A stretch of 64,000 nucleotides of DNA. Source: an uncultured Gemmatimonadales bacterium. Lineage in GTDB: Bacteria > Gemmatimonadota > Gemmatimonadetes > Longimicrobiales > Gaopeijiaceae. The position numbers were made by a program, and so were the translations under genes. Below are positions 10,871-20,136 of the stretch, piece after piece (within the stretch, counting starts at the first letter, position 1; the number at the start of each line of letters is the position of its first letter). The DNA is taken from NCBI GenBank assembly GCA_963823035.1, contig CAWGKG010000007.1, positions 64,001 through 128,000 on the forward strand. The letters are read 5' to 3'. Under the pieces are notes generated by a model. It searched no databases. It was not told the DNA's origin and saw only the letters and a list, made by a program, of their open reading frames with translations.

Positions 10871-10895
10871 CCCAAGTATCTGTGCCATCTAGGTT
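10867..10895 (+). promoter_or_regulatory. Putative sigma70 promoter of the TPR gene
   Basis: TTGACC-N17-TAGGTT in an AT-enriched intergenic stretch, 60 nt before the ATG at 10956. Confidence 0.6.
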
Positions 10896-10955
10896 TTAGG
10901 GCTTTTCCGGGATCCTGGAATCCCTCCGTTCACGGACCTACGCAGGGAAGCACCG

Positions 10956-11645
10956 ATGACGAAGCGGCACCCCGGCCAGCGCCGCCTGGCCACCGAGCGG
11001 CAAGAGCACGAAGACGACGTCTTCGTCGCCAACGTCCTCGAGATCGGGAACTGGGCCAAGCGCAACCAGCAGGTCCTGACCGTGCTCGGCATCGTGGTCG
11101 TGCTCGCCGTCGCCGCGGGGCTCTACTACCGGAACTACCGGAGCACGCTCGTCCAGCAGGCCGCCAACCAGCTCGAGCAGATCCAGCAGTCGGTCGCGCT
11201 GCAGGACACGCAGGGCGCCAAGGACCAGCTCGTGGTGTTCCTCGATCGCTTCGGCGGCACGCCGTACGCCGGCGAAGCACGCATGCTCCTCGGGGAGCTG
11301 TACCTCCGCTCCAACGACCCCCAGCAGGCGATCGCGGTGCTCGAGCCCATGGCGTCGCCGCGGGATCCGCTCGAGCTCCAGGGCGCCTCGCTCCTGGCTG
11401 TCGCCTACGAGCAGGAAAAGCGATGGGCCGACGCGGAAGCCACCTATCTGCGCATCGCGGACCGTTCGGAGCTCGACTTCCAGGTGCGCGACGCGTTGGC
11501 GGCCGCCGCCCGCATCCGCAGCCAGCAAGGCAACGCCGCCGGAGCGGCCGAGCTCTACCGTCGAATCCTGGCCGGCATGGACGCGAACGCGCCAGAACGC
11601 GGCGTCTACGAGATGCGCCTCGCCGAGGTCACCGACGGGGAGTGA
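10956..11645 (+). CDS. YfgM-like membrane-anchored TPR protein
   Basis: Single N-terminal TM segment (VLTVLGIVVVLAVAAGLYY) followed by TPR helices (TPYAGEARMLLGELY, LLAVAYEQEKRWADAEATY). Confidence 0.75.
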   Translation: MTKRHPGQRRLATERQEHEDDVFVANVLEIGNWAKRNQQVLTVLGIVVVLAVAAGLYYRNYRSTLVQQAANQLEQIQQSVALQDTQGAKDQLVVFLDRFGGTPYAGEARMLLGELYLRSNDPQQAIAVLEPMASPRDPLELQGASLLAVAYEQEKRWADAEATYLRIADRSELDFQVRDALAAAARIRSQQGNAAGAAELYRRILAGMDANAPERGVYEMRLAEVTDGE

Positions 11646-11713
11646 AACCCGCCGCCGAGCGCGGCAGGGGGCCTTCGAATCCCGCAAGACCCCCCTCCAG
11701 CCCCGCTTTCTTA

Positions 11714-11741
11714 ACTTCGTATAATATGTATTATGTTAAGT
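11714..11741 (+). other. dif: dif site (XerC/XerD chromosome-dimer resolution site)
   Basis: ACTTCGTATAA-TATGTA-TTATGTTAAGT has the 11-6-11 architecture. The right arm matches the E. coli XerD arm TTATGTTAAAT at 10/11. It is intergenic between convergent genes. Confidence 0.88.
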
Positions 11742-11789
11742 TGCGAGAGCGCGCGGTGGGGTTCGACTCGTGCGGACCACGGGGCCTGC

Positions 11790-12365
11790 CTAGCGCGCCG
11801 CAGGCTCCAGGGCACGCACGCGCACCCGGGCCGTCCCCACCCCGACGATGCCCAGCTTGCGCGCGGCCACGTACGAGAGGTCGATGATCCGCCCGTCGTG
11901 GAAGGGGCCGCGGTCGTTCACCCGCACGATCACGCTGCGATCGTTGTCGAGGTTCGTCACCTCGACGTAGGTGGGAAGCGGCAACGTCCGGTGCGCCGCC
12001 GTCATGCCGTACATGTCGTACGGCTCTCCCGAGCTGGTCCGCCGGCCCTGGAATTTGGAACCGTACCACGACGCGAGCCCCTCGGCCTCGTATCCCTCCG
12101 AGGTCGTCATGACGTGGTAGGTCCGGCCGGAGACCTCGTACTCCGGGGGATTCCCATAGGGGCTCAACGGCTCCTCCGTGGGGACCGCGTCCGGGATGCC
12201 GGCGAGGTCCGCGTCGGTGAGCCCTCCGCCGTCGGCGGGCGCCGAGTCCGTCGCGCCGCCGACCGCCGCCGCGGTCGGGCGCGGCGAGCCGGGCGTGCCT
12301 CCGGGAAAGCCGGCGAGCGAGCAGCCCCCCACGGCCAGGACGACAGGAGCCAGGAGCCACCTCAC
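11790..12365 (-). CDS. rlpA: Septal ring lytic transglycosylase RlpA family lipoprotein
   Basis: Lipobox VGGC; GLASWYG..FQGRRTSSGEPYDMYGMTAAHRTLPL, VRVNDRGPF..GRIIDLSY. Confidence 0.93.
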   Translation of the reverse strand: MRWLLAPVVLAVGGCSLAGFPGGTPGSPRPTAAAVGGATDSAPADGGGLTDADLAGIPDAVPTEEPLSPYGNPPEYEVSGRTYHVMTTSEGYEAEGLASWYGSKFQGRRTSSGEPYDMYGMTAAHRTLPLPTYVEVTNLDNDRSVIVRVNDRGPFHDGRIIDLSYVAARKLGIVGVGTARVRVRALEPAAR

Positions 12366-12874
12366 CGGGACCCCCTCTGCCCGTAAAGCCGCTCGACGAG
12401 CCGCCCTTGCTCTCTTCCGGACATCCTGGCTAAAGCACTGCTGGTAAAATGTTTACTATCTGTTACTTCACGTATCACATGGATACCTGGCGGCGGCGCC
12501 GGGATGGGCTCGTCCTCGTGCTCCAACTCGATCTCGAGGAGCGTGAGTCCCTCGAGCGGGCCCTGGAACCGATCCAACTCCCACCGGCCGACCGGGTAGC
12601 GCACCTTGTCGATCACGCGCTCCTCCGCGGCTTCCAGAAGGCCCTCCGCGACGTCCTCCGGCACGACGGTCTCCACCTCCCGCCGCTTCCGGCCCTTCCC
12701 GCTCTTCAGCGTCAGCACCGGCCCGCGAGGCTCCCCGGTGCGGATGCGCACGGAGGGTGTGCCCGTCCGGACGTATCCCTGCCTGAAGGTGAGGCCGTCG
12801 CCGAGGTCGGCCCAGATTCCAGGATCGACGCGGACCAGGTATCGGCGCTCGATCTCGAAGGGCCCCTTCTCCAT
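12362..12874 (-). CDS. CYTH domain protein (triphosphate tunnel metalloenzyme)
   Basis: EIERRYLV, RQGYV, SVRIR, LTLK, WELDRF, LLEIEL, REVT. Confidence 0.88.
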   Translation of the reverse strand: MEKGPFEIERRYLVRVDPGIWADLGDGLTFRQGYVRTGTPSVRIRTGEPRGPVLTLKSGKGRKRREVETVVPEDVAEGLLEAAEERVIDKVRYPVGRWELDRFQGPLEGLTLLEIELEHEDEPIPAPPPGIHVIREVTDSKHFTSSALARMSGREQGRLVERLYGQRGSR

Positions 12875-13578
12875 CAGACGCCTGGCTTCCTTCCGAGCAC
12901 CGCGATCCTCCTGCGAAGGACGGGCACGAACCGCTGGAGGAACCGTTCCGCGACCCTCAGCCCGGGAACGTGCGACTCCGCGTAGTACGCGCGCTCGATC
13001 TCGAACCCTGCCTCGCGCATCATCGACGTCAGGCGCCCCATCGACTTGTAGTCGACGTGGCTCACGTCCCGCTTCATCAGGATCTCGTGGTTCTTGAGGA
13101 TCTCGAGGACGTGGCCTCGGTGGGGCGTCCAAACGCTGAAGCGGCCGCCCGGACGCAGGAGGCGGTACGCCTCCGCCACCACCCGCATGGAGTCGTCCGG
13201 GTAGAGGTGCTCGAAGAGGTCCGCGGCGAGAACGACGTCCCACGCCCCCCCTTCCAGCCCCGTGCGCCCCGCGTCGGCGCACACGAACCGCAGGTTGTCG
13301 TGCGGCTCCCGCTCGAGGCGCCGCTCGCACAGTGCGACGCTCTTCTCGCTGAAGTCCACGCCCACCATCTCGCGGACCCGATCCGCCAGGGCGAAGGAGA
13401 ACGTTCCCCACCCGCAGCCCAGGTCGACCGCCCGCTCGTCACGCCCGGGCGTGTAGACGTCCAGCACCTTCTCGATCCGATAGCGCTGGAACCGGCTCCG
13501 GGGATCGGAGAGGTGCGCGGAGTCCTCGTAGTAGGTCGTGGCGTCGTAGTACTCCTGCCCGATCCGACCTTCCGTCAT
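12874..13578 (-). CDS. Class I SAM-dependent methyltransferase
   Basis: VDLGCGWG motif I, GVDFSE, WDVVLAADLFEHL, LLRPGG. Confidence 0.88.
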   Translation of the reverse strand: MTEGRIGQEYYDATTYYEDSAHLSDPRSRFQRYRIEKVLDVYTPGRDERAVDLGCGWGTFSFALADRVREMVGVDFSEKSVALCERRLEREPHDNLRFVCADAGRTGLEGGAWDVVLAADLFEHLYPDDSMRVVAEAYRLLRPGGRFSVWTPHRGHVLEILKNHEILMKRDVSHVDYKSMGRLTSMMREAGFEIERAYYAESHVPGLRVAERFLQRFVPVLRRRIAVLGRKPGV

Positions 13579-13601
13579 CCCGTCTCCCCGTGGCTGCTGG
13601 C

Positions 13602-14328
13602 TCACAGGCGGCCGAACAGATCGATGATCTTGAGCCACCATACCCTCCAGACCGCCTCCCGGACGATCCGCTTGGACATCTTGGAATCCCCCTCGTCCCG
13701 TTCCGTGAAGAGGATGGGGATCTCGACGAGGGAGAACCCCGCCCGGAACGCGCGGTACTTCAACTCGATCTGGAAGGCGTAACCGTTCGAGCGGACGCGG
13801 TCGAGCCCCACGGCCTCCAGGACCTTCCGGTTCCAGCAGTTGAAGCCCCCGGTGGCGTCGCGCACCGGCATCCCCGTGATCGTGCGCGCGTACCAGGAGC
13901 CGAACACCGAGATGAAGAGGCGGCTCATCGGCCAGTTCAGGACGTTCACCCGTCCGTTCACGTATCGGGAGCCGATCACCACGTCGTGGTCCCGGGCCGC
14001 GAGCAGGAAGCTCGGCAGCGCGTCCGGGGGGTGCGAGATGTCCGCGTCCATCTCGAAGAGCAGCTCGTAGCCGCGCTCCAGGCCCCAGGCGAAGCCGGCC
14101 AGGTAGGCGCGACCGAGTCCGTCCTTGGCCTTCCGGTGCAGCACGTGGACCCGCGGATCTCGCGGCCGAGAGCTGGTCGGCGACCTGTCCGGTACCGTCC
14201 GGTGACGCGTCGTCGACGACCAGCACCTCGAACCGCTCGTCCTGCTCCAGGATGAGCGGCAGCTTGCGGGGTAGGTTCTCGCGCTCGTTGTACGTCGGTA
14301 CGATGACCAGGAAACGCCCTTCACTCAC
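13602..14328 (-). CDS. Polyprenol-phosphate mannose synthase-like GT2; frameshift near 14170
   Basis: IVPTYNERENL, VDDASPDGTG, then GLGRAYLAGF, EMDADISHPP, VIGSRYV, DATGGF, GYAFQIE. Confidence 0.9.
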
Positions 14329-15270
14329 CGCGACCCTCCGGTTCTTCCGGCGTCTCCACCTCGCCGACCACCACGGTTCGAAGCCAGAAAGCGCCCGCCG
14401 GGACCAGCTCGACGCCCGTGGTCCACAGCCGGGCGACGATGGCCAGCACGCCTGCGGCCGGCGCTCCCAGGTGCGGGGTGAGCAAGGCGATGAGCGCGCC
14501 CTCGCGCACGCCGATCCCGGCCGGGGCGAAGAGCATCAAGATACCCCAGCAAATAGGCCGCCGCGAAGGCAGACGCCACGGGGACCACACTGGCACGGGC
14601 CCCGAAGCTCGCCGCCAGCACCCAGAAAGCAAAGGCCTGGAGGATCCAGTTCAACGACGAAGAGCACGAGCCATCTCGCCGCGTGCCCCGCACCCAGCGC
14701 CTGGGGCGGCTCCTGCCGCGCCAGACGGAACCAGAGGGCGGCGAGCCGCCGGAACACCGGGGGGAGGAGCCCCACCAGCACCGCCAGCACGAGCACGCCC
14801 GTGAGGGGCACGCCGTAGCGCCGCAGCTCGGGCGGACCCGCGAGCAGGGCGCCCATGCCGACGAGCGCGGCGGCGGCGAGCGTCATCCCCTGCCCCATGA
14901 CCGCCGCCCCGGTCGCGGTTCGCGCCGGCACGCCGTGGCGCCGCGCGAGCACGGCGAGCCCGGCGATCTGCCAGACCTTCCCGGGGAGATACCGACCGAG
15001 GTTGGCGACCATGAACAGCCGGATGGCGACGAACGGGGGGAGCTTCGGCCCGCCCAGGTCGAGCACGATCCGGCCCCAGAGCGACGCAGCCCAGAAATAC
15101 GCGACCAGGAGCAACCCGCACGAGACCAACAGAAGAGGGACGTCGGCCTTCCACAGCGCGGGATCCGAGTGACGGAGCTCGTCGAAGCCGGGGCCCAGTC
15201 GCTCCAGAACGAACCACGTCACCAGGACGGTCAGCGCGAGCTGACCGACGAGGATCAGAGCCCTCTTCAG
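14321..15270 (-). CDS. Lysylphosphatidylglycerol synthase TM / flippase-like membrane protein; frameshifts near 14540 and 14650; probable CTG start
   Basis: ANLGRYLPGKVWQ and FAPAGIGVREG family motifs; multi-pass hydrophobic sequence. Confidence 0.8.
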
Positions 15271-17817
15271 ACGGCCCTCCTCCGACGGTCGCCCACCATG
15301 CCGGACAGACCGAGCGCGACGAGCACGACCGAGGTCACCAGGCTGAGCCCGAGGCTACCCACGAGCACGTCGGAGTGGTACCCCATCTCGACCGTGTGCT
15401 CGCCCGCCCCGACCGGCACCGCCCGTAGCGTGTGGTAGGCACGCAGGACGGGCGCCTCCTCACCGTCCACGGAGGCGTGCCAGGCCGGGTACCAGTTGTC
15501 GGCGACCACGAGCAGCGCGGGTCGATCCGAGGTCACGGAGAGGCTGAGGTGGTTCGGACTGCGCTCGATCCAATGCACCTCCCCCGTGACCGGCCCGCCG
15601 TCCAGCGCCAGGGGCGGAGCTTGCGGCAGGACGACCTCCCGCTCGGGGTCGAAGGCGTCGGAGAGCATGTAGGGAACCGCCTCTTCGTCCGACTTCACCA
15701 CGGCGGAAGCCACGAGCCGCGCGCGCGGGAGGCCGGCGTCGGCCAGCAGCGTCTCGTAGACCTGGCCCTCGCGCAGCTGCGTCTGGGAGATCACACCCTG
15801 CCCCGGCGCGGCTCCGAGCTGGAAGTCGGGCCAGAGGATGTAGCGGACGTTGAGCAGCCGGCGGACGTTCGCGTTGAAGAGGTTCTCGGGCATCTCCGAG
15901 CCGACCATCCCGATCAGCTCCCGGTAGCGCGAGAGGTCGTTCGGGTGGTGGCCCGCCACCAGGTCGATGCCGTACATGGCGGGCTTCACGTCCTGGCCGT
16001 TGTCGGTCAGGACGAGGAGGCGGTAGGGGTCGGCGTCACCGGCTTCCCGGTCGAGGAGAGCGCGGATGTTCGGGTCGGCCCGCGCCCATGTGTCGAAGTC
16101 GAGGACCTGGACGAACGTGCCGTCGACGCGGAGCCCATCGACGCCGACGAGCACCACCAGCCCCGCGACGAGCGCGGCGGGCGCGAGCCAGGCGCGGCGA
16201 ACCGCCCAGACGAGCGCCCACGTGAGCCCGGCCAGCAGCGCGGAGAGGAACGCGCTCCGGACCAGGAAGGGCTGCAGCGCAGCCAGGCGCTGGAGCCGCC
16301 CGGGGTCCAGCCCGGCGTCCACCGTCGTCGTCCACATCGACGTCAGGGTGCCGGACCCGGCGAGCAGCGCGAGGAGCGCCAGGATCCCCGTTCCCACGCC
16401 GAGCACGCGCAGGACGGGCTTCCAGCCCTCGTCGGTGTCCTCGCGGACGGCCCGCAGGACGCGATCGATGCCGAGGGCCGAGAGCGTGGTGAGCGAGAAG
16501 ACGGTGAGGAAGAGCACCATCTCGGCGCTGCGGAAGAGGCGGATTCCCGGGACCAGGGCGTAGAAGATCCCCCACACCGGGGTGTGCGTGCCGAGCGCGA
16601 AGAGGAGGGCCAACGTGCCGAGCCCGGCGAAGAACCATCGAGCACCCCGGCGGGCGCCGCCGGCGAAGGAGACCGCCGCCAGCAACACCATGAGCACGCC
16701 TGCCGTGGGCAGGTTGTCCTTGAAGGGGTTCCGACCCCAGTACGTTCCGCTCGCCCACGGAGCGCCCCCTGCCCCGTTCCCGACGAACTTCGGGATGAGG
16801 AAGCCCATGACCTCCTCGGGGTGCGCCGAGAACATGCTCGACCAGGCGCGCCCCGATTCACCGGCGGCCTCGCGCGTCGTCTGGATGCGCCGCGAGTACT
16901 CGGTCACGTAGCGGGCCGAGGGAACGAACTGCACCGCTGCCAACGCCCCGCCCGCCACCGAGGCGGCGAGAAAGAGCGCGAAGCGGGACAGGGCCGGCGC
17001 GAGCGGGCGCGTCGCGCGGGACCGCGGCAGGTCGGCGTCCTCGGCCGCCGCCTCGTCGTCCGGCACGGCCTCGACGCCCTCCCCGCGGCCACGCGCGAGC
17101 TGCACCGTCCGGAAGACGGCGTACAGCCCCACCGAACCGAAGAGGAAGTACGCCATCTGGAAGTGGGTCGTGAGCATCACCAGGCCCACCACCAGCCCGA
17201 TCGCGGCGAAGCTCTTCGGACCGGGCCGCCGGAAATGGCCCTCGACGGCCCAGAAGAGGAGGGGCGTCAGCGACATGACGAACAGCTTCCCGTCATGGCC
17301 CGGGTGGACGAAGCTGACGAGCATGGGCGCGAGCATGTAGCCGACCCCGGCCACCAGCCCGGAACCCCGCGAGCATCCGATCCGGCGCGCCCACCCGAAC
17401 ATGAAGAGGCCCGCGGCGAAGACGTGGAGGACCAGCTTCCACCCCAGCGCCCGATAGGGCGTCATCAGCAGGAGGAGGAGCAGGGAGGGAGGATAGAGCG
17501 AATCCCCGCCCGTGAGCGCCTCGACGAACGGTGTCCCCCCGAGGATACGCGGGTTCCACAAGCGGGAAGCCCCCGCCCTTCAGCACCTGCGCGTAGAATG
17601 CGCGCGCGACGTAGCCCAGGCTCAGCGTGTCCCCTCCGTAGAGCATCTGGTCGCTGAAGACGAAGGCGCGGAACAGCCACAGCGTGAGGACCGCGAAGAC
17701 GACCGCCGGCACCCAGAGCGGGACGCGCGGCCCGCCCACCCCCTGCTCCGCCCGGGTGGCGCGCACGGCGGCGCCCTTCCTGGCCGTCCTGTTCCGTCTG
17801 CTACCGCTCTTCGCCAT
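15267..17817 (-). CDS. YfhO family (GT-C type) membrane glycosyltransferase; frameshift near 17565
   Basis: WNP..LGGTPF, YPP, many TM segments, C-terminal LVVADNWYPAWHASVDG...LRAVPVGAGEHTVEMGY. Confidence 0.85.
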
Positions 17818-18968
17818 GGCTCCGTCGCGGGGTTCGAACGCCCGGTCGCGTGGGCCGCCCGCGTCGGCGGACGAGCTCCTCGTAGATCTCCAGATGTCGG
17901 TCGGCGAGGCGCGCGTTGCTCCATCGCTCCACCACCCGCCGCCGCGCGCGCCCGCCGAGGTCAGGAAGATCGGTCCGAGAGAGCAGCGCCACCACCACCC
18001 GGGCGAGATCCTCGGGGTCCCCCGGCCGGAAGAGGGCGCCGACCTCGTCGTCCACGATCTCCGGCAACCCGCCCACGTTCGACGCCGCGACCGGCAAGGC
18101 GCACGCCATGCACTCGAGCGCCGCCACGGACGTCGCCTCCATGAGCGAGGGGAAGATCGCCACCTCGGCGGACGCAAGCAGCGCCGGCATGTCGGCGTGG
18201 GGCCGCGCGCCGAGGAAGCGGATGCGGTCGCTCACGCCCAGCTCGGCCGCGAGGCGCTCCAAGCCGAGCCCGCTCCGGTCCGTCGCCCACGAGCACGGCC
18301 TCGACGTCCACCCGCTCCGCGATCCGCGGAAGGGCGCGCACGAAGAACTCCACCCCGTTCTTCTCGAAGAGCCGGCGTGGGACGATCACGCGCCTGCGGC
18401 CACCCTCGGGCGCCGGGAGGGACGGCTCGATCCTGCGGAACAGGTCGGTGTCCACCCCGTTGGTCAGCGGCTCGACCGCGTGGCCCGGTGCCAGTCCCTC
18501 GGCCACGCGGGCGATCTCGACCGAGGCCGCCAGGTTGTGATCGCCCGCGGCGACGAGCCGCCCGAGGAGCTTGCGCCACACGGGCCGCTCCGCCAGCCGG
18601 AGGAAGTGCGAGGTGTGGAAGGTGGTGACCAGGGGAGCACCCGTGCGCGCGCGGGCGAGCTGGAGCGGCGGCACCGACTGGAATGCCTGCGCGTGCAGGA
18701 CGTCGGCGCGGCGCGCCAGGGCCACGCTCCGGGGTACGGAAACGGCAGCGTGGGCCGCCCATCCCACCTTGTGCTTCCCGGGAAACCAGGTGCGCCACAC
18801 CTCCACGCCATCCATCACCTCGTGCGCCGGCGCCTCCGGCTTCGAGCGGGACGTGACGATCGCCACCTCGTGGCCCCGCGCCGCGAGAGCGCGACACAGG
18901 TGGTACACGTGGCTCTCCAGGCCGCCCACCTCCGGGGGGAAGTAGACGCAATGCATCACGATGTTCAG
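17801..18968 (-). CDS. Glycosyltransferase family 4; frameshift near 18260; probable CTG start
   Basis: YFPPEVGGLESHV, TNGVDTDLF, RRLFEKNG, FPSLMEATSVAALECMACALPVAASNVGGLPE. Confidence 0.88.
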
Positions 18969-20131
18969 GGCGCCGCTCCGTCGGGGCGGATCCCGCCCCA
19001 GTCGTCGGTCTCCGGCACCTCGCCCGTCAGGTCGGCACGCAGCTGATCCGCGATGCGCTCCCCCGCCCTTCCGTCGCCGTACGGGTTGGACCGGACGGCG
19101 CCGTCCCGTCCTCGGTCGAGGGCGGCCCGGGCGCGGGTCACGATCCGTTCGGCGTCCGTGCCCACGAGCTCCGCCACGCCGGCGTCCACCCCCTCGGGCC
19201 GCTCCGTCACCTCGCGCAGGACGAGCACGGGCGTACCGAAGGTGGGCGCCTCCTCCTGGATGCCCCCCGAGTCCGTGAGCACGACGGCCGCATGCCGCAG
19301 GGCGGCGACCAGGTCGAGGTAGTCGAGCGGAGCGGTGAGGTGGATGCGCGGGTGGTCCGAGAGCAGCTCGGCGGCCGGCTCACGGACGTTCGGGTTGGGA
19401 TGAACCGGGTAGACGACCTCGATGTCCGGCGTCTGGTCGACGAGCGCGCGCACCGCGCCGAACGCCTCCCGCAGCGGCGCGCCGAACGACTCGCGCCGGT
19501 GCGCGGTGAGGAGGACCAGGCGGCCCTCGCCCGTCACCACGCGGCGAAGCGCGTCGTCGCGGATCGGACGCGGACGGCCCGCCACCGACAGCAGCGCGTC
19601 GACCACGGTGTTGCCCGTCACGTGGATCCGCTCGGCCGGCACGCCCTCGGCCAACAGCGCGTCGCGCGCCGTCGCCGTGGGCGCGAAGTACCAGTCGGAG
19701 AGCACGTCGCAGAGTCGACGGAAGATCTCCTCGGGAAACGGGGCCCACTTGTCGTGACTCCTGAGCCCGGCCTCCACGTGGCCGACCTTCACGCGCTCGA
19801 AGTAGCCGACGAGCGCACCGACGAACACGGTGGCCGTGTCCCCCTGCACCAGGAGCGCGTCGGGACGCCAGGCGCGGACGGTGTCGCGCAGCCCGTCCAG
19901 GGCACCGTGCACCACGTCGTAGAGCGTCTGGTCCTCACGCATCAGGTCGAGGTCGTAGTCGGGCACGAGGTCGAACGCCTCGAGGACCTGATCCACCAGC
20001 GACGTGTGCTGCCCGGTCAGGCAGACGCGCGTCTCGAGCTCGGGCGCGTGACGGCGCAGGGCCGCCACGACGGGGGCCATCTTGATGGCCTCCGGCCGGG
20101 TGCCGACGACCACCAGAACGCGGTGGGCCAC
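18965..20131 (-). CDS. wecB: UDP-N-acetylglucosamine 2-epimerase (non-hydrolysing)
   Basis: VGTRPEAIKMAP, TGQH, VQGDT, HVEAGLRS, TAHRRES, TDSGGIQEEAP, TERPE, NPYGDG. Confidence 0.95.
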   Translation of the reverse strand: MAHRVLVVVGTRPEAIKMAPVVAALRRHAPELETRVCLTGQHTSLVDQVLEAFDLVPDYDLDLMREDQTLYDVVHGALDGLRDTVRAWRPDALLVQGDTATVFVGALVGYFERVKVGHVEAGLRSHDKWAPFPEEIFRRLCDVLSDWYFAPTATARDALLAEGVPAERIHVTGNTVVDALLSVAGRPRPIRDDALRRVVTGEGRLVLLTAHRRESFGAPLREAFGAVRALVDQTPDIEVVYPVHPNPNVREPAAELLSDHPRIHLTAPLDYLDLVAALRHAAVVLTDSGGIQEEAPTFGTPVLVLREVTERPEGVDAGVAELVGTDAERIVTRARAALDRGRDGAVRSNPYGDGRAGERIADQLRADLTGEVPETDDWGGIRPDGAAP

Positions 20132-20136
20132 CGTGC

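Noticed and set aside
10872..10888. Sigma54 promoter on the minus strand (TGGCACAGATACTTGG)
   Set aside because: No GC at the -12 position, and it would point antisense into the crp gene.
11711..11744. loxP site or vector contamination
   Set aside because: Only the left arm resembles loxP. The right half is a XerD arm with a 6-bp spacer and the flanks are native high-GC sequence.
11665..11785. tRNA fragments (TTCGAATCCC at ~11674, GGTTCGACTC at ~11760)
   Set aside because: T-loop-like words only: no 5-bp T stem, D arm or acceptor stem can be built.
12874..14328. GT2-methyltransferase fusion (484-aa ORF)
   Set aside because: Artefact of the frameshift near 14170; the GT2 C-terminal half is in another frame and ends at 13602.
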